This document shows, piece after piece, positions 1 to 9,074 of a stretch of DNA of 64,000 bases. The stretch is from an archaeon (GTDB lineage: Archaea; B1Sed10-29; WALL01; JAGHAM01): the NCBI GenBank assembly GCA_021107635.1, contig JAIOSL010000038.1, positions 3,512 to 67,511 on the forward strand, written 5' to 3'. Each line of letters opens with the position of its first letter. Positions within the stretch are counted from its first letter, which is position 1. The position numbers were made by a program, and so were the translations under genes. Under the pieces are notes generated by a model, which was given only the letters and a program-made list of their open reading frames with translations, had not been told where the DNA came from and ran no database searches.

Positions 1-1
1 A

Positions 2-1039
2 CAAGAAGACCTCAACGAATTCGTTATCCGACTATCACAACGCTGCGGAAGACACATCTCAGTAGCAGAACCCTTACTAGACGCAGCACTACCAGACGGA
101 TCCAGAGTACAAGCCACGTTCTCCTCTCATCGCGATATCGCAATGCATGGCTCCACGTTCACAATAAGGAAATTCACAAAAGACCCACTCACAATAATAG
201 ACATAGTCAACTTTGGAACAGTCCCCCCAATGATAGCAGCATACCTCTGGCTAGCCATAGAATACGGACACTCCCTACTCATTGCAGGAGGAACAGCAAC
301 AGGAAAAACATCATTCCTAGGCGCGCTCTCCATGTTCTTACCTGCTGACGCAAAAATAGTCAGCATAGAAGACACTCCAGAAGTCAGACTACCACACGAA
401 CACTGGGTACAAAAAGTAGTTAGAACAGGATTCGGAAGAGCAGACTTGACAGGCAGAAAACAAGGCGAAGTCACAATGTACGACTTGCTTAGAGCAGCAC
501 TACGTGAACGTCCAGACGAAATCATCGTAGGAGAAGTAAGAGGAAAAGAAGCATACGTGCTGTTCCAAGGAATGGCTACTGGACACAGTGGAATGGCCAC
601 TATCCACGGAGACTCTGTTGACTCAGTAATGCACCGTTTGCAAACCAAACCAATCAATCTTTCTCCTGGACTAATGCAACACCTAGACATAATCATTATT
701 CTAACTCGAGCAAAAGTAAAAGGCGTTGAAGTAAGACGCGCAAAACAAATCGTTGAAATACTCGGCTTGACACGTGACCAACAACCAATAGTGAACACTC
801 TATTCGAATGGACTCCAGCAGACGAAAGCTTCAAATTTTCTTCAGATAAATCATACATACTACAAGAAATCATTCATGAAAAAGGTGTTGAAGAAAGTGA
901 AGTATGGAAAGAACTTCAAAGAAGAACCAAAATCGTTGAATGGATGAGAAAAAATGATATAAGATACTACAAAGACGTTGGAAAAATAATCCAACGATAC
1001 TACTCAGATCCAGAAGCTATCCTAAGAGGAATAACGTGA
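2..1039 (+). CDS. Type IV pilus/type II secretion assembly ATPase (VirB11/ArlI family), 5'-truncated by window edge
   Basis: Frame open from base 2 (QEDLNEFVIRLSQRCGRHIS...LPDGSRV); Walker A GGTATGKT, Asp box IEDTPEV, Walker B RERPDEIIVGEVRG, His box TGHSGMATIH. Confidence 0.95.
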   Translation, partial: QEDLNEFVIRLSQRCGRHISVAEPLLDAALPDGSRVQATFSSHRDIAMHGSTFTIRKFTKDPLTIIDIVNFGTVPPMIAAYLWLAIEYGHSLLIAGGTATGKTSFLGALSMFLPADAKIVSIEDTPEVRLPHEHWVQKVVRTGFGRADLTGRKQGEVTMYDLLRAALRERPDEIIVGEVRGKEAYVLFQGMATGHSGMATIHGDSVDSVMHRLQTKPINLSPGLMQHLDIIIILTRAKVKGVEVRRAKQIVEILGLTRDQQPIVNTLFEWTPADESFKFSSDKSYILQEIIHEKGVEESEVWKELQRRTKIVEWMRKNDIRYYKDVGKIIQRYYSDPEAILRGIT

Positions 1040-1045
1040 GCTAAA

Positions 1046-1927
1046 ATGATCTCCACAAAAAAATACAGTCTCCTTGCATACTCCCTCTTCGAACCAATGA
1101 TACCATCCATACTACCATACTTCTCAAAACTTAAACAAATCCTCCACAAAACAGGAACAAAAACAACCCTAGAAGAATACGTAGCATCATTCATGCTAAC
1201 AGCAACAATACTAGTACCAGGAATATTTCTAGTAATACTAATCTACCTAAACTCCCTACTCAAAACAGGAATAGGACTAACAGTAATCTTTTCAATACTA
1301 GGAAGCCTCATAGTACTAGCAAGCATAATCGCAATATACCTAATGTATCCATCATACAAAGTCAACACACTCAAACACGAACTAGACAAACATATTCCAT
1401 TCGCAGCAATGCACATGGCAACCATTGCCGGAACCGGCGTGCCACCACACATGATATTCAAAATGATAGGAGACTTCGAAGAATACGGAGAAGTAGCCAA
1501 AGTATGCAGAAAAGTCTACAGAAACATCTCAGTGCTAGGTTATGACACCATCAGCGCACTCTCAAAAGAAGCACAAATAACACCCTCAAACAACTTCCGA
1601 GACCTACTCTGGAGTATTGTCGCAGTCACTCGCAGTGGAGGAGATCTCAGAGAAATGCTCTTGAAAAGAGCCGAAGCATTAATGGATGAAGAACGAAGAA
1701 CAGAAGCAAAATATATTGACACACTATCAATGCTAGCAGAAATCTACTCCACAATATTCGTAGCAGGAACAGTAGTAATTTTCGTGCTAGTCGCAATCAT
1801 GGGAATCATCGGAGGACTGCCACTACCAATGAGACTAGTACTACAAGCAACAACATACTTCATAATACCACTAGCATCAATAGCATTTATCCTAGTAATA
1901 GAAAGCAGCAAACCATCAGGAGTCTAA
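1046..1927 (+). CDS. Pilus membrane platform protein (TadC/T2SS-F family)
   Basis: Several TM helices; LDKHIPFAAMHMATIAGTG and RSGGDL motifs; follows ATPase. Confidence 0.9.
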   Translation: MISTKKYSLLAYSLFEPMIPSILPYFSKLKQILHKTGTKTTLEEYVASFMLTATILVPGIFLVILIYLNSLLKTGIGLTVIFSILGSLIVLASIIAIYLMYPSYKVNTLKHELDKHIPFAAMHMATIAGTGVPPHMIFKMIGDFEEYGEVAKVCRKVYRNISVLGYDTISALSKEAQITPSNNFRDLLWSIVAVTRSGGDLREMLLKRAEALMDEERRTEAKYIDTLSMLAEIYSTIFVAGTVVIFVLVAIMGIIGGLPLPMRLVLQATTYFIIPLASIAFILVIESSKPSGV

Positions 1928-1929
1928 AA

Positions 1930-3192
1930 ATGGAAGAAAAAAAATCATTCATGGACTGGTTCCTAGGGAAAAAAACCAAAAAAACAACCAAAGCAAACCT
2001 ACCGCTCAAAACCAAAATTAGATATGAACTCAGAAAAGAAAAATGGAAGCCAGTTGCAGCATCAATAGTAACAGCACTAATACTGATTGTACTAGGAACC
2101 ATCTTCTTCAGAACAAACCTTGCACTACTAGTAATAGTAGTGTTTTTCGGCACTAGCATGCCAATAGCAATATACATTTACCTGAAACAAAGAAGACTCG
2201 AAAGCATAGAAGAACAATTTCCAAATTTCCTCAGAGACATAGCAGAATTCAAAAGATCTGGCCTTCCCCTGAACAGAGCCATTCAAAACACAACCAAAAA
2301 TGATTACGGACAACTAACCTCAGAAGTCAAAAGAATGGCACTTGAACTTTCTTGGGGAGTATCATTCCAAAAAACACTCGAAAAATTTTCAGAAAGAACC
2401 AACAGTCACATAATTGAAAGAGCAGTCTCAATAATTGTAGTAGCCCAATCAAGTGGAGGAGAAGTAACCGAAGTTCTAGACACTGTCTCCGCAGACCTAA
2501 GAAAACTCAAAGAAATAGAAAAAGAACGTAAAAGCAAACTCTCAGTCTACACTCTAACAATATACGCAGTCTACCTACTCCTACTCTTCATAATAATCAT
2601 GCTAATGGGCTCCTTTGTGCCATCAATACCAAAAATCCAAGCAGCAGGCAAGTTCATGGGAGGAGGCCTAGAAGAAACTATAACAGAATTTGAGTTTAGG
2701 ACATTGTTATTCCATGTTAGCTTAATAGAAGCATTCTTCGCTGGCCTGATTTCAGGAGACATGGGAGAAGGAAAAATAACTGCAGGAATAAAACACGCCA
2801 TAATTTTAGTACTAATAACAATGCTAGCATTCCAGCTTGTCCCACCAAGTCCAGCAACATACAAAATAGCAGACTCAATATTAGACATCCCGCCATCACA
2901 AGGAACACCAACAGAAGGAATAGAAAGCATAACACATCTTACAGACACCTTCGATAACAAAGAAATAGCACGACTAGTAGGAGAAAAAGCAAAAGAACGA
3001 GGACTCGCACGGCATAAAGGAATAACCTCCGCAGACATCAGCTTCAACGCCCTGTCAGGAGAGTGCATACCATGCGCAGAAGGAAAAATAGTAGTACTAC
3101 CCAACAAAGTCACAGTACACGAACAAGTACCAATAAAATACAAAGTAAGATACTCAGGAACACAATACCAAATAATGTTTAGAACAGCATGA
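1930..3192 (+). CDS. Pilus membrane platform protein (TadC/T2SS-F family) with extra C-terminal soluble domain
   Basis: IEEQFPNFLRDIAEFKRSG, YGQLTSEV, SSGGEV, GDMGEG..AGIKH motifs; about 115-aa tail after last TM. Confidence 0.9.
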   Translation: MEEKKSFMDWFLGKKTKKTTKANLPLKTKIRYELRKEKWKPVAASIVTALILIVLGTIFFRTNLALLVIVVFFGTSMPIAIYIYLKQRRLESIEEQFPNFLRDIAEFKRSGLPLNRAIQNTTKNDYGQLTSEVKRMALELSWGVSFQKTLEKFSERTNSHIIERAVSIIVVAQSSGGEVTEVLDTVSADLRKLKEIEKERKSKLSVYTLTIYAVYLLLLFIIIMLMGSFVPSIPKIQAAGKFMGGGLEETITEFEFRTLLFHVSLIEAFFAGLISGDMGEGKITAGIKHAIILVLITMLAFQLVPPSPATYKIADSILDIPPSQGTPTEGIESITHLTDTFDNKEIARLVGEKAKERGLARHKGITSADISFNALSGECIPCAEGKIVVLPNKVTVHEQVPIKYKVRYSGTQYQIMFRTA

Positions 3193-3671
3193 GGATTAAA
3201 ATGAAAAAAGGAGTAAGCGGAATAGAATTTATAGTTGCAGTAACATTCTTCCTAATTGCATTCTGGTACGTGTTCATAGAAACAAGCGAAATGATAATGG
3301 ACAAACCAGTGCAAGTCGATGTCAGACAACCAGCACTACAATTCTATTCAGGATACATAATAAAAAATCCAGGTGAACCAGCAGACTGGGATGAAAACCC
3401 AGATGATTTCGCCCTAGCCTACTACGACGAAAAAACACACCGCAACATACTAGACCACACAAAACTAAACTATGCAAACCAAACCAACTGCAGCTCTTTG
3501 ACACCCGCAATAATGAACGGCATAGACATAGGATTCAAAGTAACAAGCCAATACGGAACATGGCAATGCCAAAACCCACCAAGAAAAGACGCAATGATAA
3601 CAAGACTAGTCTACATACACGTTCCCAGAAGAACTCAATACGCAGGCACTTTGGAGGTATGGGTAGCATGA
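3189..3671 (+). CDS. Pilin-like protein with class III signal peptide
   Basis: MKKG|VSGIEF plus hydrophobic helix (Glu at +5); PGEPADW motif; alternative start 3201. Confidence 0.8.
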   Translation: MRIKMKKGVSGIEFIVAVTFFLIAFWYVFIETSEMIMDKPVQVDVRQPALQFYSGYIIKNPGEPADWDENPDDFALAYYDEKTHRNILDHTKLNYANQTNCSSLTPAIMNGIDIGFKVTSQYGTWQCQNPPRKDAMITRLVYIHVPRRTQYAGTLEVWVA

Positions 3672-4111
3672 AAAACATTAAATACCATCACTCCTTCTAT
3701 AAAATAAGAAATAAAGGATTCAGCAAAATACTTGAACTTGTACTAGTGCTTGTTTTGCTATTCTCACTCGTCATAACAGTAAGCCAAAATATTCCACCCA
3801 CAACAACAAGCAAACACAACCTACAAGTACTATCACGCTACGCATCAGACATTAGAAACATGATATGTAACTCCGAGCGCGACAGAAGAATCATGATAAA
3901 AAATGCGACTATGACCACTATCAACCAATCCATCAATTACATAGCACCACCAGATCTCAAACATCGCATAGTAATCCTGAATACCACAGATGACAGCCTA
4001 ATCCAAGCCACGGGATACCCAAACCCAGATGAAGAAAATTTGATGACCGCATCATGCATCATAGTAGATGATGAAACCACAATAGAAGCAGAGGTAATGG
4101 TATGGTACTAG
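3668..4111 (+). CDS. Pilin-like protein with class III signal peptide
   Basis: ATG 3668 overlaps upstream TGA; NKG|FSKILELVLVLVLL; track start 3560 probably too long. Confidence 0.75.
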   Translation: MKNIKYHHSFYKIRNKGFSKILELVLVLVLLFSLVITVSQNIPPTTTSKHNLQVLSRYASDIRNMICNSERDRRIMIKNATMTTINQSINYIAPPDLKHRIVILNTTDDSLIQATGYPNPDEENLMTASCIIVDDETTIEAEVMVWY

Positions 4112-5379
4112 GAAAACGCGCACAATTCTTTCTCATAATACTAGTATTCATGATAATCATAATCGTCGGCCTTGCTTATTACGCAATAGAATCACGCAAC
4201 CTACCAGCAGAAACCAGTGCAACCCCAGAAAGAGGAACACCACTGCTCTCACAAATAAAATCAGAAATCCTGAATGCACTCGAACGCAAACCATACACAG
4301 GAAAAAACATCAGCGAATACTATACCACGTTTCACAGAGAAGCAAACCGAACCAACTTTGACCTAAGCATAAACTGCAACGAAACAAACACCACAACCGG
4401 AGCAAACAACTACCCAAAATATGACATTGAATGTATACTAGACTTATCCTGGAAAAACGCCAATTTAACCACCAGTTTTACTCATAGTTACACAGTCCCA
4501 TACGAAATAATAACATACTTAGATTCTGATTATACCACAGAAAGCGATTATTTCAACCTTAACGACACAATATACTATAGGATTACAGGAAGAAACAACG
4601 ACAAAATCAACTTTACAGCAACACGCCAAAACACCCAAAAAAACACTCAAAACCACACCCTTTCCGACCACTACTCAGACGGCAGCTTTACAGTAGATGC
4701 AGGAGGAGCCTGGATCCTAAAAGCAGACAACTACAACACCTCAGAAATAAGCTATAAAACAATATATGTACAAGAAATAGAAATAAAAATAACCATTGAA
4801 GGAACATGCCCAGGCTGGTGCCCAAGAAACAGTTACATAAGAGGAGAAAACTTCAGATACAACATTGAAACAATCAACGTAAAAGGTCACCCAGTAAGCG
4901 TACCAATAATGATTACAGTACAACGTCCAGACGGCACACCTCCAGTAGGAGAATACGACCTAGAAACACTAACCAACACAAGCGGCATTTTTATCAGCGA
5001 AAATCAGACAATCCATTCAAGCGAAGTAGTAACAAACCTCACAATAAAAGTCACAGAACTAGACTACTACTCATACAACACCACCACCATCCAAATACTC
5101 GCACAAAACTATGACAGATTCATAGAAGTACCTGCAGAAGACATGAACTACACAGCACTCTCAAATGAAACCTTCAGTTCAACCTGCGGATACGACACTT
5201 GGTTTACCAACAGCACCCAAAACTATTACAACGGAAGCCTCGACATACCATTCTACCGCGAAAAAACTGATGAAACCACAATCAGACTCAACCAAACCAC
5301 AAAAACCATTGACCTACCCCAAGTGCACGCAAAAGTCCTGCACATCATAGGAGCAAGACATAACATAAGTGAAGAATAA
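4102..5379 (+). CDS. Large pilin-like/adhesin protein with class III signal peptide and Ig-like domains
   Basis: KRA|QFFLIILVFMIII; beta-rich, many N-x-S/T sequons. Confidence 0.75.
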   Translation: MVLGKRAQFFLIILVFMIIIIVGLAYYAIESRNLPAETSATPERGTPLLSQIKSEILNALERKPYTGKNISEYYTTFHREANRTNFDLSINCNETNTTTGANNYPKYDIECILDLSWKNANLTTSFTHSYTVPYEIITYLDSDYTTESDYFNLNDTIYYRITGRNNDKINFTATRQNTQKNTQNHTLSDHYSDGSFTVDAGGAWILKADNYNTSEISYKTIYVQEIEIKITIEGTCPGWCPRNSYIRGENFRYNIETINVKGHPVSVPIMITVQRPDGTPPVGEYDLETLTNTSGIFISENQTIHSSEVVTNLTIKVTELDYYSYNTTTIQILAQNYDRFIEVPAEDMNYTALSNETFSSTCGYDTWFTNSTQNYYNGSLDIPFYREKTDETTIRLNQTTKTIDLPQVHAKVLHIIGARHNISEE

Positions 5380-8300
5380 TGAAAAAAATAGCATTAATTG
5401 CACTAGCCCTGATACTCATCTCGCCAGCACTAGCACAAAAAGAAGAAATAAAAACAATCACAGCATCACAACCCTGGATCTTCCTAGAAGAAAAATGCAT
5501 CCCAGAGACCTGTAACCTCAATGACTATTGTACCGCTTATGGCAGTTGGTCCTGTCATGATGACTGCAAACGAATAAGAAGCAAAACCTGCTACGACTAC
5601 TGCTGCAACCCTGCCTGCGTACTCTGCGACACAACCATACAATATCAATACAGCAACTGTGCAATTGAGACAGTATGCTCGGGAGGCACTTGCAGTAGTG
5701 GAACATGCGATGAAGGAACAGACTGCACAAACATCTGCACGAGACGACCATGGTTTAAAAAATGTAACGGAGTAGGCAGTTGCAGTATAGAAGGAGGCAC
5801 CAACTACTACTGTAGCGGAAACCAGCACTGCAGCGGAGGAAGCTGCGTGAGCGGAAACTGTGGAACCTGCAAGCAATGCGAAGGCCTCGGAGACTGCAAC
5901 AACGTCGCCTCAGGAACAGACCCGTACGGCGACTGCAGCACATGGGAATGCCAGACAGGAGACTGCAGCGGAGGAAGCTGCTCTGTCTACAGCGATGGAA
6001 GAAAAGACAGTTGTGGAACCTGTGAATACTGCAATGATGGCGACTCTCCTTGCGATTCCATTCCAAACGGCCAAGACCCATTCGGAGAGTGCTCGTCAAG
6101 CTCCTACCAAAGCTGCACTCCCAGCGGAGAAATAAGCGCGTGTGGGTGGCAGCAAGCCAGTGGAGATTGCAACGGAGGAGGCGCGTGCGGATGGGGCTCC
6201 TGCAATGATTGTGGCCCCCATGAAGCATCGACCAGCAGCTGTTACTCTGACCTAGCCCACTGCAACTCTGCCTGCCTCGACGGGTTCGAGTGCGACGAAC
6301 ACGCGGACTGCTCTGACGACTGTGGAGTAACCCACACAGAAGATCTAAGCATCTATCACTGTTCCGATAACTGTGATTGTTATAAACTAGACACGCTTTC
6401 TTGTAGCCCTAGAGGCGAGTACTCGCCATGCGACCAAGCATCATGCAACGGAGCCACCTACAATTGCACTGTAAGCAATGAAGGAGAATGGGCGTGGAGA
6501 CTGTCTGTACAAGCACCCGAAGCAGAAACTAACTGCACTGACGGATACGATAACGATTGTAATGGACTCTCAGACAGCCAAGAAAACATTTGCCAACCCC
6601 CAGAATGGCAAAACCAAGGACAGAACGCCTCAAGCGTTTTAATCGGAGGGCAACTGCTTTTATACGCACAAGGAAGAGACAGCATAGCATTAAACGAATC
6701 ATGGCTTTCAACCAACGAAAGCGGTTCCTGGCAAAATTATAGCACGTGGGGCAACTGCTCAGGCACACCAACCAACTGCACAAATTACACTGACACCACC
6801 AACTGCACTGGCGCAGGCTGTTCATGGGACAGCGCTGACTGTTACGGCACATGCACTGGCTGCAGCAAATTCAGTAATTCTGAGGACTGTGCCAAGCAAG
6901 GAGGATGCTCCTGGGAAGAAACAAGCAGTTGTGCAGGAACAGTAACCGCATGCTCAAGCCTCTCAGATTCAACCTCCTGTAACAATCAATACGGCTGTAG
7001 CTGGACTCCAGGAAGCTGCAGTGGTTCCTGCTTTTGTGGGCTCATTCCAAGCTGTGAATGTGACGCAATAGGCTGTGAAATTATGATAAAAATGGGACCA
7101 CCCCCAGAAGAGAAGTGTATAGGATTATGCACATGTGCCATAGCAAATGATCAAGCATGCTGTGAAGACCATTCTTGCACTTGGACTGCAGGCAGCTGCA
7201 GTGGCACGGCAACCACATGCCCAAACATAGACAACGCCACAGGCTGCGGAACACAAGAAGATTGCTCATGGAATGTCACCTGTGAATCAGGAGATGTTGA
7301 CATAGAACAAACAGCCAATGATGTGGGCTACAACCTTGCATTGTATAGTTACACAGCACAAACATTCAAAACAAATGGTGCTATAAGAGTCGACCAAGTA
7401 GATGTGAACATAAACTGCGGGAAATGCAGCGGAACCGTCTACATGGCAATAACCAACACAGATGTTTTCGGAAATCCAAGCACAACAGTATATGGAAACA
7501 CCACAGTCACCGGAATCAATGGTACACCACAATGGGTCAGCGCAGACTATACCAGTGACATACCAGAACTTGCTGCCAGCACTACGTACGCATTAGTAAT
7601 ACTCAAACCAACAACATCACTTGACTACCTTTGGTACTACAACAGCAGCAGTAGCACATATACAAACGGTTCTGCAAAATACTATAACAGCGGATGGTAC
7701 AATATTAACGGAGACTTCACATTCAAAATATACGGCAATTGTTCAGGATCCAACGGCGAATGCAACGGCACATGTACCAACTGCACCACCTATGGAACTT
7801 CTTCCCATTGCAGCAACCAAGACGGATGCACATGGGACAACGAAGACTGCTCAGGCACGCCATCTAACTGCAACACACATAACAGCACAGTCTGCGACAA
7901 GTATGGCTGCAGCATCGCGCCAGGAGAACACGGTTCACCAATGAACATGAACGAAACAGTAAACACGTGGACCTGGTCAAACTTTACATGGCAAAACGTA
8001 AGCGTTGAATTCAACAATAGTGTCTGCTGGAAAATCTGGTACTGGGACACCCACGAACTAGTCAACGGAACAAACACACTATGCTTTAACGTCACTCAAA
8101 ACACCGCACCAACAGTAATGCAAGTAGAAATAAGTCCAGAATATCCTACAGACGACCAAGCATTAACATGCAACTGGAAAACCGCTGACAACGAAACAGC
8201 CACCATCTACGCTAACGTAACCTGGCGTAAAAATGGAGGAATATGGGCAACATACAACCAACTAGAATGCTACAACGCAAGCTCATGCAGCACCAATGCA

Positions 8301-8699
8301 ACCACAGGACCAGGCAGCGCGAACACAACGCTAGGCGATGAATGGAACTGCAGCGTAACAGTCTATGACGTTCAAAGCCTTAACATGACAGGCTCAGACA
8401 ACACCACAATAATGAGAGACGTGACAGTAATATTCACTGACGGCCAATGGGAAACCTTTGCATGGGAAGACATTAAACCTCAATTATGGACCAACTCAAC
8501 AAACCAACTAGCAAACTTTACTTCAACCTGCACAGAAACAGGCAGTTCAGGAGTAACAAGATACACACCATACTGGACAATAGAACTAACAAACACAGAC
8601 AAAATAGTAAAACAAATAAAATTCGGAGACACAACAAACGCTGATTCTTATCAACTAACAGCAATAACCGTGGAAAAAGTAGAAGGAAGCACCCCCTGA
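5379..8699 (+). CDS. Secreted cysteine-rich multidomain surface protein (1106 aa)
   Basis: Sec signal peptide; very Cys-rich; C-x-G...C-(S/T)-W repeats; CTDGYDNDCNGLSD Ca-binding-like motif. Confidence 0.85.
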   Translation: MKKIALIALALILISPALAQKEEIKTITASQPWIFLEEKCIPETCNLNDYCTAYGSWSCHDDCKRIRSKTCYDYCCNPACVLCDTTIQYQYSNCAIETVCSGGTCSSGTCDEGTDCTNICTRRPWFKKCNGVGSCSIEGGTNYYCSGNQHCSGGSCVSGNCGTCKQCEGLGDCNNVASGTDPYGDCSTWECQTGDCSGGSCSVYSDGRKDSCGTCEYCNDGDSPCDSIPNGQDPFGECSSSSYQSCTPSGEISACGWQQASGDCNGGGACGWGSCNDCGPHEASTSSCYSDLAHCNSACLDGFECDEHADCSDDCGVTHTEDLSIYHCSDNCDCYKLDTLSCSPRGEYSPCDQASCNGATYNCTVSNEGEWAWRLSVQAPEAETNCTDGYDNDCNGLSDSQENICQPPEWQNQGQNASSVLIGGQLLLYAQGRDSIALNESWLSTNESGSWQNYSTWGNCSGTPTNCTNYTDTTNCTGAGCSWDSADCYGTCTGCSKFSNSEDCAKQGGCSWEETSSCAGTVTACSSLSDSTSCNNQYGCSWTPGSCSGSCFCGLIPSCECDAIGCEIMIKMGPPPEEKCIGLCTCAIANDQACCEDHSCTWTAGSCSGTATTCPNIDNATGCGTQEDCSWNVTCESGDVDIEQTANDVGYNLALYSYTAQTFKTNGAIRVDQVDVNINCGKCSGTVYMAITNTDVFGNPSTTVYGNTTVTGINGTPQWVSADYTSDIPELAASTTYALVILKPTTSLDYLWYYNSSSSTYTNGSAKYYNSGWYNINGDFTFKIYGNCSGSNGECNGTCTNCTTYGTSSHCSNQDGCTWDNEDCSGTPSNCNTHNSTVCDKYGCSIAPGEHGSPMNMNETVNTWTWSNFTWQNVSVEFNNSVCWKIWYWDTHELVNGTNTLCFNVTQNTAPTVMQVEISPEYPTDDQALTCNWKTADNETATIYANVTWRKNGGIWATYNQLECYNASSCSTNATTGPGSANTTLGDEWNCSVTVYDVQSLNMTGSDNTTIMRDVTVIFTDGQWETFAWEDIKPQLWTNSTNQLANFTSTCTETGSSGVTRYTPYWTIELTNTDKIVKQIKFGDTTNADSYQLTAITVEKVEGSTP
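6751..7915 (+). repeat. About 8 imperfect Cys-rich protein repeats, interrupted by a non-Cys domain
   Basis: CSGTPTNC..CTGAGCSW, CYGTCTGC..QGGCSW, CAGTVTAC..QYGCSW, CSGTATTC..QEDCSW, CNGTCTNC..QDGCTW, CSGTPSNC..YGCSI. Confidence 0.8.
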
Positions 8700-8708
8700 G
8701 GCACAATT

Positions 8709-9029
8709 ATGAAGATAAGTAAAGCAGAACTAGCAGACACGTGGTACAAAAGAGCACTAGGATTAATGTTCAGAACCAAACAAGAAAAACCATTAATATT
8801 CAAACTAGGCAGAGAAAGCCTTCTTGGAGCAAACATTCACTGCTGTTTCATGCGGTTCCCCATTGACGTGCTTTTCTTGAACGCGCAGAAGTGTGTGGTT
8901 GATAAAGCTTTGAACGTGAAGCCGTGGACTTTGAACGTGGCGCCAAGAAAACCAGCCAAGTATATCATTGAATTTCCAGTAGGACAAGGAACCGCCAAAC
9001 TCGGAGAACAAATCGAATGGAAAGAATAA
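8709..9029 (+). CDS. DUF192 family protein
   Basis: ADTWYKRALGLMFR, IHCCFMRFPIDVLFL, AKYIIEF. Confidence 0.85.
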   Translation: MKISKAELADTWYKRALGLMFRTKQEKPLIFKLGRESLLGANIHCCFMRFPIDVLFLNAQKCVVDKALNVKPWTLNVAPRKPAKYIIEFPVGQGTAKLGEQIEWKE

Positions 9030-9074
9030 AGCTTTTATTCAAAGCCTGAGCAAGTACTACCAGGGGAGAGAGAA

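Noticed and set aside
127..873. Long antisense ORFs opposite real genes (here and throughout)
   Set aside because: Shadows of A-ending, T-poor codon usage; no motifs or SD; fully overlap well-supported genes
5379..8699. Multiheme cytochrome interpretation of Cys-rich proteins
   Set aside because: No repeated CxxCH motifs; pattern fits disulfide-bonded repeats
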